From an uncultured Pseudomonadota bacterium (GTDB lineage: Bacteria; Vulcanimicrobiota; Vulcanimicrobiia; Eremiobacterales; Eremiobacteraceae), in the NCBI GenBank assembly GCA_963736005.1, contig CAVTNB010000001.1, positions 1,568,001 through 1,632,000 of the forward strand: DNA of 64,000 bases. The letters are read 5' to 3'. The translations under genes were made by a program, and so were the position numbers. The notes under the pieces were generated by a model. The model saw only the letters and a list, made by a program, of their open reading frames with translations. It was not told the origin of the DNA and made no database searches. Position 1 is the first letter of the stretch. Every line of letters starts with the position of its first letter. Below are positions 9,515-18,200 of the stretch, piece by piece.

Positions 9515-10381
9515 TCACGAATTTGCACCAGTGTAGTTGTCCAAGACTTCGTCGGCGCTGAGCACTCGTGGATAGATTGCCACTTCACCCAAGCCCCCGC
9601 TAAGAAAACTGACTCGGTCGCGCGTGCCGAGCCGAACTGGCGCGGTGCCGTGGATCGCATGGATATCGTACGAAGCATAGCGGGCGCCGCGCGATTTTCG
9701 CGGACTCGCGCGCAGCACGCCATTCTTATATAGAGAGACGCCGGCACTTGGATCAGTCGCATCACCCGGATCGTAGCACGCAACAACGTGTATCCAGGCA
9801 CCGGGCGCTAAGTCATCTTGAAAATATGCTCCTGCTCCTTCATTAGAAGTATGGGGCTGCCCGGTTGCATTCCAGATGTACGCGGAGATGCGATTCGGCC
9901 GAGTCGGCGAGTCTTTACTATAGAAGCGGAATCCCCACTCGAAGGCGCCGGGCTCTCCTTTCCCCAGCCAATGGATGTAGTGCTCATCAGTCTGGCCTGC
10001 AAAGGTCAGCACATCAGGACGCATCCACGCCTCGACGGTCAACCCTTGGCCACTCGTCGGTTGGCTGAAAACTGCACTGTCTGGAATCTCAACAAAAGCA
10101 TCGACGCCGTTGAGGTCGATGGCCGCGTCGACCTCACTCTGTAAAGCACCGCGCTGTCCGAACGTGATACCACCCTTAAATGCTCCATCGTGGTGCCCGT
10201 TGGTCGAATCGTGCGCAACCATGCCCACTTTCTCTTCGAAACGCCAATAACCAACAGGTCCCTTGGCCAGCACGCGAGCGTGGTACGGTGTCGATGCTCC
10301 AAGAGCCGTTTTCCCAAGGAGCGAGGCAACCCCCGCGGCCCCCATCATACGTAGCAAATCCCGACGCGTCTGTAGATACAT
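9515..10381 (-). CDS. Tat-exported LamG-like jelly-roll domain protein
   Basis: TRRDLL twin-arginine signal; VGYWRFEE, TVEAW, WIHVV, EVAIYPRVLS. Confidence 0.85.
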   Translation of the reverse strand: MYLQTRRDLLRMMGAAGVASLLGKTALGASTPYHARVLAKGPVGYWRFEEKVGMVAHDSTNGHHDGAFKGGITFGQRGALQSEVDAAIDLNGVDAFVEIPDSAVFSQPTSGQGLTVEAWMRPDVLTFAGQTDEHYIHWLGKGEPGAFEWGFRFYSKDSPTRPNRISAYIWNATGQPHTSNEGAGAYFQDDLAPGAWIHVVACYDPGDATDPSAGVSLYKNGVLRASPRKSRGARYASYDIHAIHGTAPVRLGTRDRVSFLSGGLGEVAIYPRVLSADEVLDNYTGANS

Positions 10382-10385
10382 AAGA

Positions 10386-10835
10386 TTACTTGGAAAAGAC
10401 CAGCTTGAGAGTGCCGTCGGTATCCTCGCTCACCGTGAGGTGAACGAGCCCGTGATCCATGACCATCTGCGTTGTTTGCGAGTGACCACACCCGACGCCG
10501 AAAGCAGTGGGCCGAGGAGCGTCGTGATTCATGACTCGAGTATATTCGTAAATCGTCGCGGTCCCATTCACCCTTACAAAATCAATCTGGTAAGGCTGGC
10601 AGTAGGCTGCTCCTTCTGAATAAATGGAGAGCACGTCGCCGTTGGCATACTTGATGGTTGCGCACAGATCCGTGTCACCACAATGATCGAATGAAGTTGC
10701 GACCGCCCCATCACTGAAAGTCATGCTTGAGGCTGCGCTCTCGTCGGCAAGCACAGCGGACGAGCTGAAAATGAAAAGAGCCACAAGCGTGGTAAGGAAT
10801 AATCGATTCGGATTCACGTGTTGAAACCTCCTCAA
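10386..10835 (-). CDS. Hypothetical secreted protein
   Basis: Hydrophobic signal peptide; co-oriented with and 4 bp from the LamG gene. Confidence 0.65.
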   Translation of the reverse strand: MRRFQHVNPNRLFLTTLVALFIFSSSAVLADESAASSMTFSDGAVATSFDHCGDTDLCATIKYANGDVLSIYSEGAAYCQPYQIDFVRVNGTATIYEYTRVMNHDAPRPTAFGVGCGHSQTTQMVMDHGLVHLTVSEDTDGTLKLVFSK

Positions 10836-10883
10836 ATTAACGAAGCCCAGACAAATGTATCCAGCCTCATAGTAACCGTTCGG

Positions 10884-11276
10884 CTAGGGCACTGGAAATG
10901 CTTGCGCGAGCGTGATCCTGAGATTTTCGAGATCGTCACCGGTAATAGTGCTCCAGATTATCTCGGGGTCGACCCGCCCATACTCATGTCGGAGAATATT
11001 GCCGATCCCTCGTATTTCCGACCAGGGGACCGCTGGGAAGCGTGTCGCCAGACGATGCTTGGGCGCAACGTTTTGTGCACTTTCAAGCTCAGCGATCTTG
11101 ATGCAGGCTTCTGAAATCGTTAGCAATTCTCGTTCGACCGCGCTCTGCGTCTTTTGATCGGTGATAAATTGTTCTTGATTTAGCCCGGCGACATATTCAT
11201 GAACGCGTGCAATTGCGGCGCGGATATCGGCCGCGCGCGTTGCGATGCTCTTTCCCGACCATTTGTTAGAAGGCAC
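10884..11276 (-). CDS. HepT/DUF86 HEPN ribonuclease toxin
   Basis: AVERELLTISEA, VPWSEIRGIGNILRHEY; GTG start at 11276 overlaps the MNT stop. Confidence 0.88.
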   Translation of the reverse strand: MPSNKWSGKSIATRAADIRAAIARVHEYVAGLNQEQFITDQKTQSAVERELLTISEACIKIAELESAQNVAPKHRLATRFPAVPWSEIRGIGNILRHEYGRVDPEIIWSTITGDDLENLRITLAQAFPVP

Positions 11277-11808
11277 TGACTGCCTCCAACTCGGCCGCCT
11301 CTGCAAAACGTAAGTGCCGAACGGTACGATCCGTAACGACATCTACCTGGCGATCAAGGGCATCCGTGAGAATTCGCCGCGTTGCTTCGAGATCGAAAAG
11401 AGTGAACCGCGCGCTTTGCGCCGGCTCGATGATGACATCGATGTCGCTTTTGGGTCCCGCGTCGCCACGAGCAACTGAACCGAAAACCCGAACGTGCGCC
11501 ACGCCTCGTTCGGTTAATGCCTGTCGACACTGCCGAATCTGTTTAATCACCAAAGCAAGATCGGGCGCTGATCCCATTCGTCGAGTTGCGTGCGCGTGGC
11601 CGCTGATAAAGTTGGGGGCAACCCCGAGGGCATCAGCAATACGCATGGCAGTGGTAAATCGAGGCTCTTTGGAATCTCCCGACTCGAGCTTTCTGATAGC
11701 GTTCTCGGTAACACCCGTTTTGCGCGCAAGCTCGGCCGCTGTGAGGCCCTTGGCCCGTCGGGTGGTCTTAATCCGCCGACCCATCGCGGTTCGTGTAGTA
11801 TGCTCCAT
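11266..11808 (-). CDS. Xre-HTH plus minimal nucleotidyltransferase (MntA-like) antitoxin
   Basis: N-terminal HTH; FGSVARGDAGPKSDID (GSx10DxD). Confidence 0.9.
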   Translation of the reverse strand: MEHTTRTAMGRRIKTTRRAKGLTAAELARKTGVTENAIRKLESGDSKEPRFTTAMRIADALGVAPNFISGHAHATRRMGSAPDLALVIKQIRQCRQALTERGVAHVRVFGSVARGDAGPKSDIDVIIEPAQSARFTLFDLEATRRILTDALDRQVDVVTDRTVRHLRFAEAAELEAVSAF

Positions 11809-11815
11809 GTAGCAT

Positions 11816-11844
11816 AGTATACCTTAGCTTGGAATCTTGGACAA
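11816..11844 (-). promoter_or_regulatory. sigma70-type promoter, likely leaderless MNT-HepT transcript
   Basis: TTGTCC-17 bp-TATACT, with the ATG 7 nt downstream. Confidence 0.65.
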
Positions 11845-11962
11845 GGAGAAATTAGCCAAGCCCCTATCAGTCAAAGGCTTAGACCATTTGAGCCTGCCTA
11901 TCGGGCAGGCGTCGAATGCCAGTCGCCCCAAACCTGAGCCCCAAGCAATGGGAGGTAACTTC

Positions 11963-12514
11963 ATGACTCAAGAGACCTTAAGCACCGCTGCCGCCATCGG
12001 CACCTTCATCGTCATCGCCGCGACTGCCCTCGCAGCCGTCGTGCAACTGCGCCACTTGCGGGCACAGAATCAGCTTACTGGCTTGCTCACGGTATTGGCG
12101 CGAGTGGAGGATCCGCAATTCAACGAGTGGGTGGATGCGGCGAGAGAAGTGATAAAAACACGCATGCCCGACCCCGCCTACCGGCGCGCGATCAGTGATG
12201 GGACTTTCGACCGCAAAGAAAACCCTTGGTTAAACCTTGCGAACTCGTACGACTGGGTTGGCAGCCTCGTCAAGCACAAGCTCATACCCGAGGAGTCGTT
12301 GCTAGATGTTTACTCCTTTAGGGTCACTCAAGCGTGGGATATCATCGAGGGTATAGTACCCTTGGTGCGCGGGCGTGCGGGTGCTGCCGTCTGGGAGAAT
12401 TTTGAATACCTCGTCGTTCGAGCGCGCCAGTGGAACGCGCAACATCCGCTGGGTACCTACCCCAAAGGCGTGCCAAGATGCAAGATTGATATCACGTGGC
12501 CCGAAGTCGCATAG
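11963..12514 (+). CDS. DUF4760-like membrane-anchored protein
   Basis: N-terminal TM helix; LANSYDWVGSLVKH, WENFEYL; SD GGAGGT before ATG 11963. Confidence 0.65.
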   Translation: MTQETLSTAAAIGTFIVIAATALAAVVQLRHLRAQNQLTGLLTVLARVEDPQFNEWVDAAREVIKTRMPDPAYRRAISDGTFDRKENPWLNLANSYDWVGSLVKHKLIPEESLLDVYSFRVTQAWDIIEGIVPLVRGRAGAAVWENFEYLVVRARQWNAQHPLGTYPKGVPRCKIDITWPEVA

Positions 12515-12550
12515 ACACACATTCACTGGATCCTCTGACGAGGCGTCATC

Positions 12551-15349
12551 TCAACTAGTGAGCGACTCGGCCTGTGCACCCAAAGGTCGACCAGCAGCGA
12601 GGGTAGCGGCGATCTCCACGCGCGAACGCAGTCCGCACTTGCCCAAAATATTTCCAACGTGGTATTCCACCGTGCGGCTGCTGATATGCAAGATCTCGCC
12701 AATCTCCGCGTTGGTCTTACCGCTTGCGATCAAGAATGCAACCGAGGCCTCGCGCGATGAAAGCGCACCATGGGCCTCACGCTTGCGCCCCGGCCGAAGT
12801 CCATGGGCGCGCGCAAGTGCACGCGCTCGATCCGCGGCAAACTCAGCCCCCATGGCATCAAAGGTTTCGATGGCGTCTAAGAACAGCTGGCGCTCGCCCG
12901 TTGCCTGCGCCACGATCAACTCCAGATGCGCGCGCCAAAATGGATATTCGCAATCGCGAGCAGCTTGCAAAAGCTGGTCTGCACCGCGAGAATCTCCGCG
13001 CGAGAGTGCCAAACACCCCTCTGCTTCGAGCAACGAGCGTTGCGCTATCGGCCAACCGCGAGTCGCGACAGTACGAAGATGTTCAAGGGCTGATTCGGAT
13101 GCCTCGAATTCGCCGAGTTGCGCGGCGAGTCGAACGATGCCGGCCAGCGCGCGGACGTGGTAGACTTCGCAAAAATCAGAAGGTGCAAGACCCGAGATCA
13201 CCTCGGTATATCGAGTCAGCGCTTCCCCATAGTGCCCGTGAAGCTCGGCCGAGAAACCAGCGCTAAAGGCGACCGCCTGTCGCGCAGTTGTGGAGAGGTC
13301 AAGCAGTCGCCCGTCATCGAGCACGCGCCTGGCGGACTCGAAATCACCGAGCATTGCATACAATTGGATCTGGAGACAGAGTAAACGAGAACGCAAAGTC
13401 AGCTTGTTCGCGGCGATCGAGGATTCCGCCGTGAGTGCTAATCCCAGTGCTTCTCGCAGATCGCCGCGATCGATTGCCACACTTGCGAGGTTTGAACGCA
13501 AGGCCGCCTCGATCGCCTTTGACTTGGGACCGCTCGCGTCCAGGCCGACTCGACACCAATGTTCGTATCGTTCCTTGTCGCCGGCCATATGGCTAACATA
13601 GCAGAGGATTGAGCAACAGCGCGCGAGCTCGTCAGAGAGATGCCATGCGGTCGCCCGGCGCGCGGCGGCCTCAAGGCTCTCCAGGCTCTCATGGACTTTG
13701 CCAGTGCGAGCGACGACAACACCGAGCCAACCTATCAGACGTATGAGAGATCGACGGTCCTGAGGCTCGTGGCAAAGAGCAACGCCTTGCTCCAAGATTT
13801 GCTTCGCGGTATCGAGATTGCCGCGTCGCTCTTCGATTGAACCCAGCAGGTAGTGGAGTCTTGGAAGAAGATCGGGTGCGACCGCGCGAGCCTCGCCTAT
13901 GGCTTCTTGAGCGAGCGGCAAGGCCACAGCATCATCGTCGGTCGCGTCCCAGATCGTTTCAGCATACAGCGTTCGAACTCTCGCTCGCACGCTTGGGGAT
14001 AAACGAAGAGCAAGCGTTTCAAATGGGGTGATTGTCGCCTTTGACTCGGAGGAGCGCCCCAGCGCGAGCAGCGCGGTAGCTTTTCCGGCGCTCGCTTCGA
14101 CTTCGATCTGGCTGCCCAATTCGCTGCGCTCGAAGGCGCTCTCAAAGGCCTGTAGTGCCTCGAGGGGCGCATGTCGTTCGAGGCTCTCCCAACCTATCTT
14201 GTTAAAGAGACTGGCCGCGTCGAAAAATCGGCATGCGCCGTCGAGATGCGCTGCGCGCTTCCAATCATTTTTGCAGCGGTCGGCAAGAACAGCATGCATC
14301 TCAATGCGTTCTTGCTCGTTGAGCATGGAGTAACACGCTTCGCGCAACAGATCATGACGGAACTGATAGCGTCCATCGATCTCCTCAAGGATTGCCTCAT
14401 TCACTAGTTCTGCTGTTGCGTGGGTGATTCGTCCAGGCGAACGCCGAGCGAGAATACTCAGATCCGTATTCGAGAGCGCATCGATATTGACCGAAAGCCA
14501 ACTCGCGACGGCGAATGCCTCGCGAGAAAGAGCAGTGATCCGCTGTCGGAGCACTTGACCCAGATCGCTCGAAGCTGAACCGTTTCCCAACATGGGCGCA
14601 ACGACAAGGAGCTCGGCATAGAGCGGGTTGCCGCCGGTGCGTCTGCACAATTCAGCAATTTCTAGATCGCCAAAATCAGCCTCAGGTCGCAGTCGGGTCA
14701 CGAGCAGCCTGAGGTCGTCCGATGAAAGACCTCCGAGATTGATGACGCGGCCAAGTTCAGCGCGCTCCAAGGCAGACGCAAGGTCGATGACGGACGGATT
14801 GCTGCGTCGTGCCGCGAGCTGCCAGTGAATGGGGAGATCGCACAAACGTGTCGCGCAGTAACGGATCGCCTCAAGAGTCTTTTCGTCTGCTAGGTGAACG
14901 TCGTCGATTTGGATGGTCAGTGGGGCCTCTGCCGCCGCAACTCCCAACGCGTCGCGAAAATACAAAAGCCAGTCGGACTCTGATGATCCAAGCAGCGCCT
15001 CAAGCTGTGTCCTAGGCACACGGGCCGCGCGGTGCAGCAAGTGCAAGAGTGCGATAAGCGGATCGAAGGAGATGGGTGTACTGGTGGGCACGCAGGCGAT
15101 GTTATAAGTATCAGCGAGCCCGCGACGGCGACCTTCAGCGAGCAGCCGGGTCTTGCCGATCCCGGGTTCCCCAAAGATGACGGTACAACTGCGCTCGGTC
15201 TCTGCGAGCGCCGCGAGCACGGCGTCCCGCCCGACCAAAGCGGCGGACGATATCCACGCGCCGCGCTTAGGACTGGGGATTCCACTAGTGAGTACGCGGG
15301 CATCCTCGCTTACCCTAGGATTTAGGCCGGTCTTAACCCCGTCTCTCAT
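12551..15349 (-). CDS. STAND/LAL-type regulator: AAA ATPase, helical repeats, LuxR HTH (true start may be about 100 nt downstream)
   Basis: LVGRD, GEPGIGKTRL, IDDVHLAD, TGGNPL, FRHDL, LSSRE...TNAEIG...SSRTVEYHV. Confidence 0.92.
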   Translation of the reverse strand: MRDGVKTGLNPRVSEDARVLTSGIPSPKRGAWISSAALVGRDAVLAALAETERSCTVIFGEPGIGKTRLLAEGRRRGLADTYNIACVPTSTPISFDPLIALLHLLHRAARVPRTQLEALLGSSESDWLLYFRDALGVAAAEAPLTIQIDDVHLADEKTLEAIRYCATRLCDLPIHWQLAARRSNPSVIDLASALERAELGRVINLGGLSSDDLRLLVTRLRPEADFGDLEIAELCRRTGGNPLYAELLVVAPMLGNGSASSDLGQVLRQRITALSREAFAVASWLSVNIDALSNTDLSILARRSPGRITHATAELVNEAILEEIDGRYQFRHDLLREACYSMLNEQERIEMHAVLADRCKNDWKRAAHLDGACRFFDAASLFNKIGWESLERHAPLEALQAFESAFERSELGSQIEVEASAGKATALLALGRSSESKATITPFETLALRLSPSVRARVRTLYAETIWDATDDDAVALPLAQEAIGEARAVAPDLLPRLHYLLGSIEERRGNLDTAKQILEQGVALCHEPQDRRSLIRLIGWLGVVVARTGKVHESLESLEAAARRATAWHLSDELARCCSILCYVSHMAGDKERYEHWCRVGLDASGPKSKAIEAALRSNLASVAIDRGDLREALGLALTAESSIAANKLTLRSRLLCLQIQLYAMLGDFESARRVLDDGRLLDLSTTARQAVAFSAGFSAELHGHYGEALTRYTEVISGLAPSDFCEVYHVRALAGIVRLAAQLGEFEASESALEHLRTVATRGWPIAQRSLLEAEGCLALSRGDSRGADQLLQAARDCEYPFWRAHLELIVAQATGERQLFLDAIETFDAMGAEFAADRARALARAHGLRPGRKREAHGALSSREASVAFLIASGKTNAEIGEILHISSRTVEYHVGNILGKCGLRSRVEIAATLAAGRPLGAQAESLTS

Positions 15350-15367
15350 AAGAAGTGAGGTCTAAGG

Positions 15368-15526
15368 ATGCTTAACGCACGTCGCTTGCTCATGCCCATC
15401 ATCGCCATTGCCCTGCTCTCGCTGACGGCTTGTAGCGCGGGTGGCTCAATGTTTGCCCAGCCGCAAAGTCATTCCCAAGGCGTTTCACGCACCGCTCAGG
15501 ACGATACGCCGCAAAACCCAAAGTAG
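15368..15526 (+). CDS. 52-aa putative lipopeptide, absent from the ORF track
   Basis: MLNARRLLMPIIAIALLSLTACSAGG...DDTPQNPK*; lipobox LTAC; divergent from the STAND-LuxR gene. Confidence 0.65.
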   Translation: MLNARRLLMPIIAIALLSLTACSAGGSMFAQPQSHSQGVSRTAQDDTPQNPK

Positions 15527-15608
15527 CAGTAACCACGACCTTTTTGCGAGACGCGTACTTGGACCTGTAGGCGCGTGAGTTTGACATGCCTAGCCCGCGC
15601 CATCCGCT

Positions 15609-15944
15609 ATGGAGGGAGCCTTCCGCATGAAGCTGATGCCTGAAAATCTCCACACGAATCTCGACGCGATAAGCCAAAATCTTTATGGAGTTCCGCTCGC
15701 CGTTATGCAAACAGCTGAGGTTTTGGGCGTCGGTCTGTTTGACGCGTGGAAGATTGTGCTCGAAGGCAAGGGGACGATATGGCATCCCAGCCCCATCAAC
15801 GACCCAGGCATGTCGGATTTCGCAGCTGGGTGCGCGATCTTTGCCGCTGCGACGCAGATCCGTGCCGGTGAGCTGCATAGTCTAGCCCTGAATCTTAGCG
15901 ATGCCCTCGTTGGTCGCGCAGTCTTAGCCGGTATTGAAAGGTAG
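15609..15944 (+). CDS. Hypothetical protein
   Basis: ORF with GGAG before ATG 15627; no recognised motif. Confidence 0.5.
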   Translation: MEGAFRMKLMPENLHTNLDAISQNLYGVPLAVMQTAEVLGVGLFDAWKIVLEGKGTIWHPSPINDPGMSDFAAGCAIFAAATQIRAGELHSLALNLSDALVGRAVLAGIER

Positions 15945-15968
15945 AATCGTCCAAGACCCGCTCAATTG

Positions 15969-16352
15969 TTAGTAGCCTGAAACAAGATCGAGGCCAGCAG
16001 CTTCAACGAAAGCTCGGAAGTCGCGATCTCGCGTGAGAAGAGGAACACCTCCATCAAGACAGCTCTGGGCGATCAGTGCATCGCCCAGGCGAGCCTTCCG
16101 TCGAGTAGCCAGTACTTTTGCCCGCAATTCCCCCGCTCGTCGCCAATACCCAGACTCGACGTCGATCATCGGCACGTCAGACAGCGTTTCGACGACCGCG
16201 GTGGGTAGTTCGGCATCGCTCAAAAGCTCTGTGAGCACGACAGGCACCATGAGTACTTGACGATCCGCCAGTGCCCGGTCGAGCATCTCCACATCCTCGC
16301 CTCGGCCGCCTCGAAGGAAAGCAACCCACGTGCTTGTGTCGGCCGCGATCAA
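15969..16352 (-). CDS. vapC: VapC-like PIN-domain toxin
   Basis: ADTSTW, VLTELL, GDALIA, LLTRDRDF. Confidence 0.9.
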   Translation of the reverse strand: MIAADTSTWVAFLRGGRGEDVEMLDRALADRQVLMVPVVLTELLSDAELPTAVVETLSDVPMIDVESGYWRRAGELRAKVLATRRKARLGDALIAQSCLDGGVPLLTRDRDFRAFVEAAGLDLVSGY

Positions 16353-16552
16353 CGGTCAGCCTTTAGCTGTGTCAAGGTACGCTTGAAGCGAACCTTGCCT
16401 CGCAACTGCCGTAGGCGAGCGTAGGTTCGCGATGCAGCCACGAGCTGCAACCCCGTGCAGACTGTCCTCGTGATGCCGACACCGCTGGCCTGTTGGGCCT
16501 TTTCAAGAAGCTGTTGTGGAACGTATACGGTGATCTTTTGTTGCTCGTCCAT
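16349..16552 (-). CDS. VapB-like (RHH) antitoxin
   Basis: KITVYVPQQLL; ends LKADR; overlaps the vapC start. Confidence 0.8.
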   Translation of the reverse strand: MDEQQKITVYVPQQLLEKAQQASGVGITRTVCTGLQLVAASRTYARLRQLRGKVRFKRTLTQLKADR

Positions 16553-16762
16553 TGGATCTCCTAGTATACCATACTTAATGCCAGCATGGAATATGGTACG
16601 TTAAAAACAAGTCACGTGCAAAGCCGACAAAAGAACCCACCACGCGCAATTAGCCCTGTTCGGATGGCTCTGTCCATGCCCGCTGCCTCATTTGGAAAGC
16701 GATATCTTAAGACTCGTAATCCTACGGGGTAATATTTTGCGCTTCCGCACTATACTGAGGTT

Positions 16763-16890
16763 GGCGGAGCAGCCGCAGATGCCGGAAATCACGTTTTCGT
16801 CACGCGGAGGTTCCGTCTGCCGGTGGGCCGCGGCTCGAGGGCAGGCATTTGAGTTCCTACATCGTGCGCCTGCGTCGCTGGCAGGCGCAG
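16763..16890 (+). ncRNA. Unidentified structured ncRNA, copy A
   Basis: -10 TATACT at 16751; stems GGCGGAGC/GTTCCGTC, CCGC/GCGG, CGGAAA-TCACG-TTTTCG; 3' hairpin; homologous to 21586-21725 with compensatory changes. Confidence 0.6.
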
Positions 16891-16902
16891 ATTAGGTTTC
16901 GA

Positions 16903-16973
16903 TTGTTTTTAACACGGTCCGAAGATACACTCTAAAGCTTAGACCGGTCGAGCACTCAAGTGCTCCGTTTTTT
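16903..16973 (+). promoter_or_regulatory. Promoter, about 35-nt transcript and intrinsic terminator
   Basis: TTGTTT-17-TACACT (16903-16931); GAGCAC-TCAA-GTGCTC followed by CGTTTTTT. Confidence 0.5.
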
Positions 16974-17045
16974 CTGTACAACGTATAACGCAATCAATGA
17001 CACTTGCGAACAAAATAGAGCACGTTGTCGCTAGCCGCCCCCAGT

Positions 17046-17348
17046 TTAACTGGCGATAGCGCGAATTTGCCTTGTCCTATTCGCTATTTTATCGCGCGTA
17101 ACGCGGACATCGTAACTCGCCTGCAGCCCAAGCCAGAACGCGGGCGTCGTCCCCGCAAAAAACGCCGATAACCGAAGTGCCGTATCCGCTGTAATTCCAC
17201 GTCGACCTCGGATGATGTCGTTGATGCGTGGCGCATCGGTATGTAGTGCAATGGCCAACTTGCGAGCGTTCAAACCATTTGGGACCATGTACTCTTCGTA
17301 CAGAATTTCACCGGGATGGATGGCCGCCAATTTTCGCTTTTTGCTCAT
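17046..17348 (-). CDS. higA: HigA antitoxin
   Basis: IHPGEIL, RRGITADTALRL, FWLGLQ. Confidence 0.93.
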   Translation of the reverse strand: MSKKRKLAAIHPGEILYEEYMVPNGLNARKLAIALHTDAPRINDIIRGRRGITADTALRLSAFFAGTTPAFWLGLQASYDVRVTRDKIANRTRQIRAIAS

Positions 17349-17363
17349 GCCTCTTTGATTTCC

Positions 17364-17639
17364 TTAGTGGTAGTCGGTAATTTCAACTTGATATGCGTCA
17401 GGTGCATCCCACAGGAAGCAAATGCGCCATTGGGCATTGATGCGAATGCTGAACTGTCCTGCGCGATCTCCCTTGAGCTTTTCGACTCTGCTGCCTGAGG
17501 TGTTAAATTCCTGAAGCGTTGTCGCCTGATTGAGCATTTCAAGCTTTCGGCGTGCCGAGCGTTCGATAGACTGGAATTTGCGAACGGGTTCTTGATTCCA
17601 GAGCGCCTCGGTCTCTGAGTCACGAAACCTTCGGATCAC
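17364..17639 (-). CDS. higB: HigB toxin
   Basis: ARRKL, LKGDRAGQFSIRINAQWRICF, EITDYH. Confidence 0.93.
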   Translation of the reverse strand: MIRRFRDSETEALWNQEPVRKFQSIERSARRKLEMLNQATTLQEFNTSGSRVEKLKGDRAGQFSIRINAQWRICFLWDAPDAYQVEITDYH

Positions 17640-17644
17640 GCCCT

Positions 17645-17673
17645 ATCGTAGCATATATAACATATAATGTAAA
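17645..17673 (-). promoter_or_regulatory. higBA promoter, near-leaderless
   Basis: TTTACA-17-TACGAT just upstream of GTG 17639; AT-rich TATAAC/GTTATA repeats. Confidence 0.6.
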
Positions 17674-17751
17674 GCGTTATATAGATTGGGATTTAAAGCA
17701 TCGCGTAAAGTACCTAAATGCGTGGCAGTCAACCGTCGAAAGCCAAGTAAA

Positions 17752-18096
17752 TCATCCAGACTCTTTGAACTTCGACGGAAGCCCGAATGTTCCGTCGACG
17801 ACTTCAGCGAAGGTCCGTTCCTCACGAAAGATGAGCCGCTTGTTCTGAGCCATGGTGAAATTATCGCGGGCCTCCGGATCAGCCTTCAGTCGCTGCCGGT
17901 AGCGTTCGTAGGACGCGAGACTATCAAAGGCAATCAACCCCCAAGCTATGTCGTTCGTTCCCTCGTGAGGAAGAAAATAGCCGACCAGATGGCCGCCGCA
18001 GCGAGGAATAATGCGGCCCCAGTTTTCGGCGTACTTCTTGAACTCGTCGCGCTGAAACGGATCGATCTGATAGCGGATGAAGCACGTAATCGTCAC
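17752..18096 (-). CDS. NIPSNAP family protein
   Basis: [29 protein letters not shown]. Confidence 0.88.
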   Translation of the reverse strand: MTITCFIRYQIDPFQRDEFKKYAENWGRIIPRCGGHLVGYFLPHEGTNDIAWGLIAFDSLASYERYRQRLKADPEARDNFTMAQNKRLIFREERTFAEVVDGTFGLPSKFKESG

Positions 18097-18200
18097 AAGC
18101 GTGTTCTCCTTGCGGGCGAGAGCCTTTGATTGCCCATCCATGGATTCAAGACGTGTCTGGCCAGGTCCGGTCGCGGGTCCGACCGAACTCGTAGGCTACA

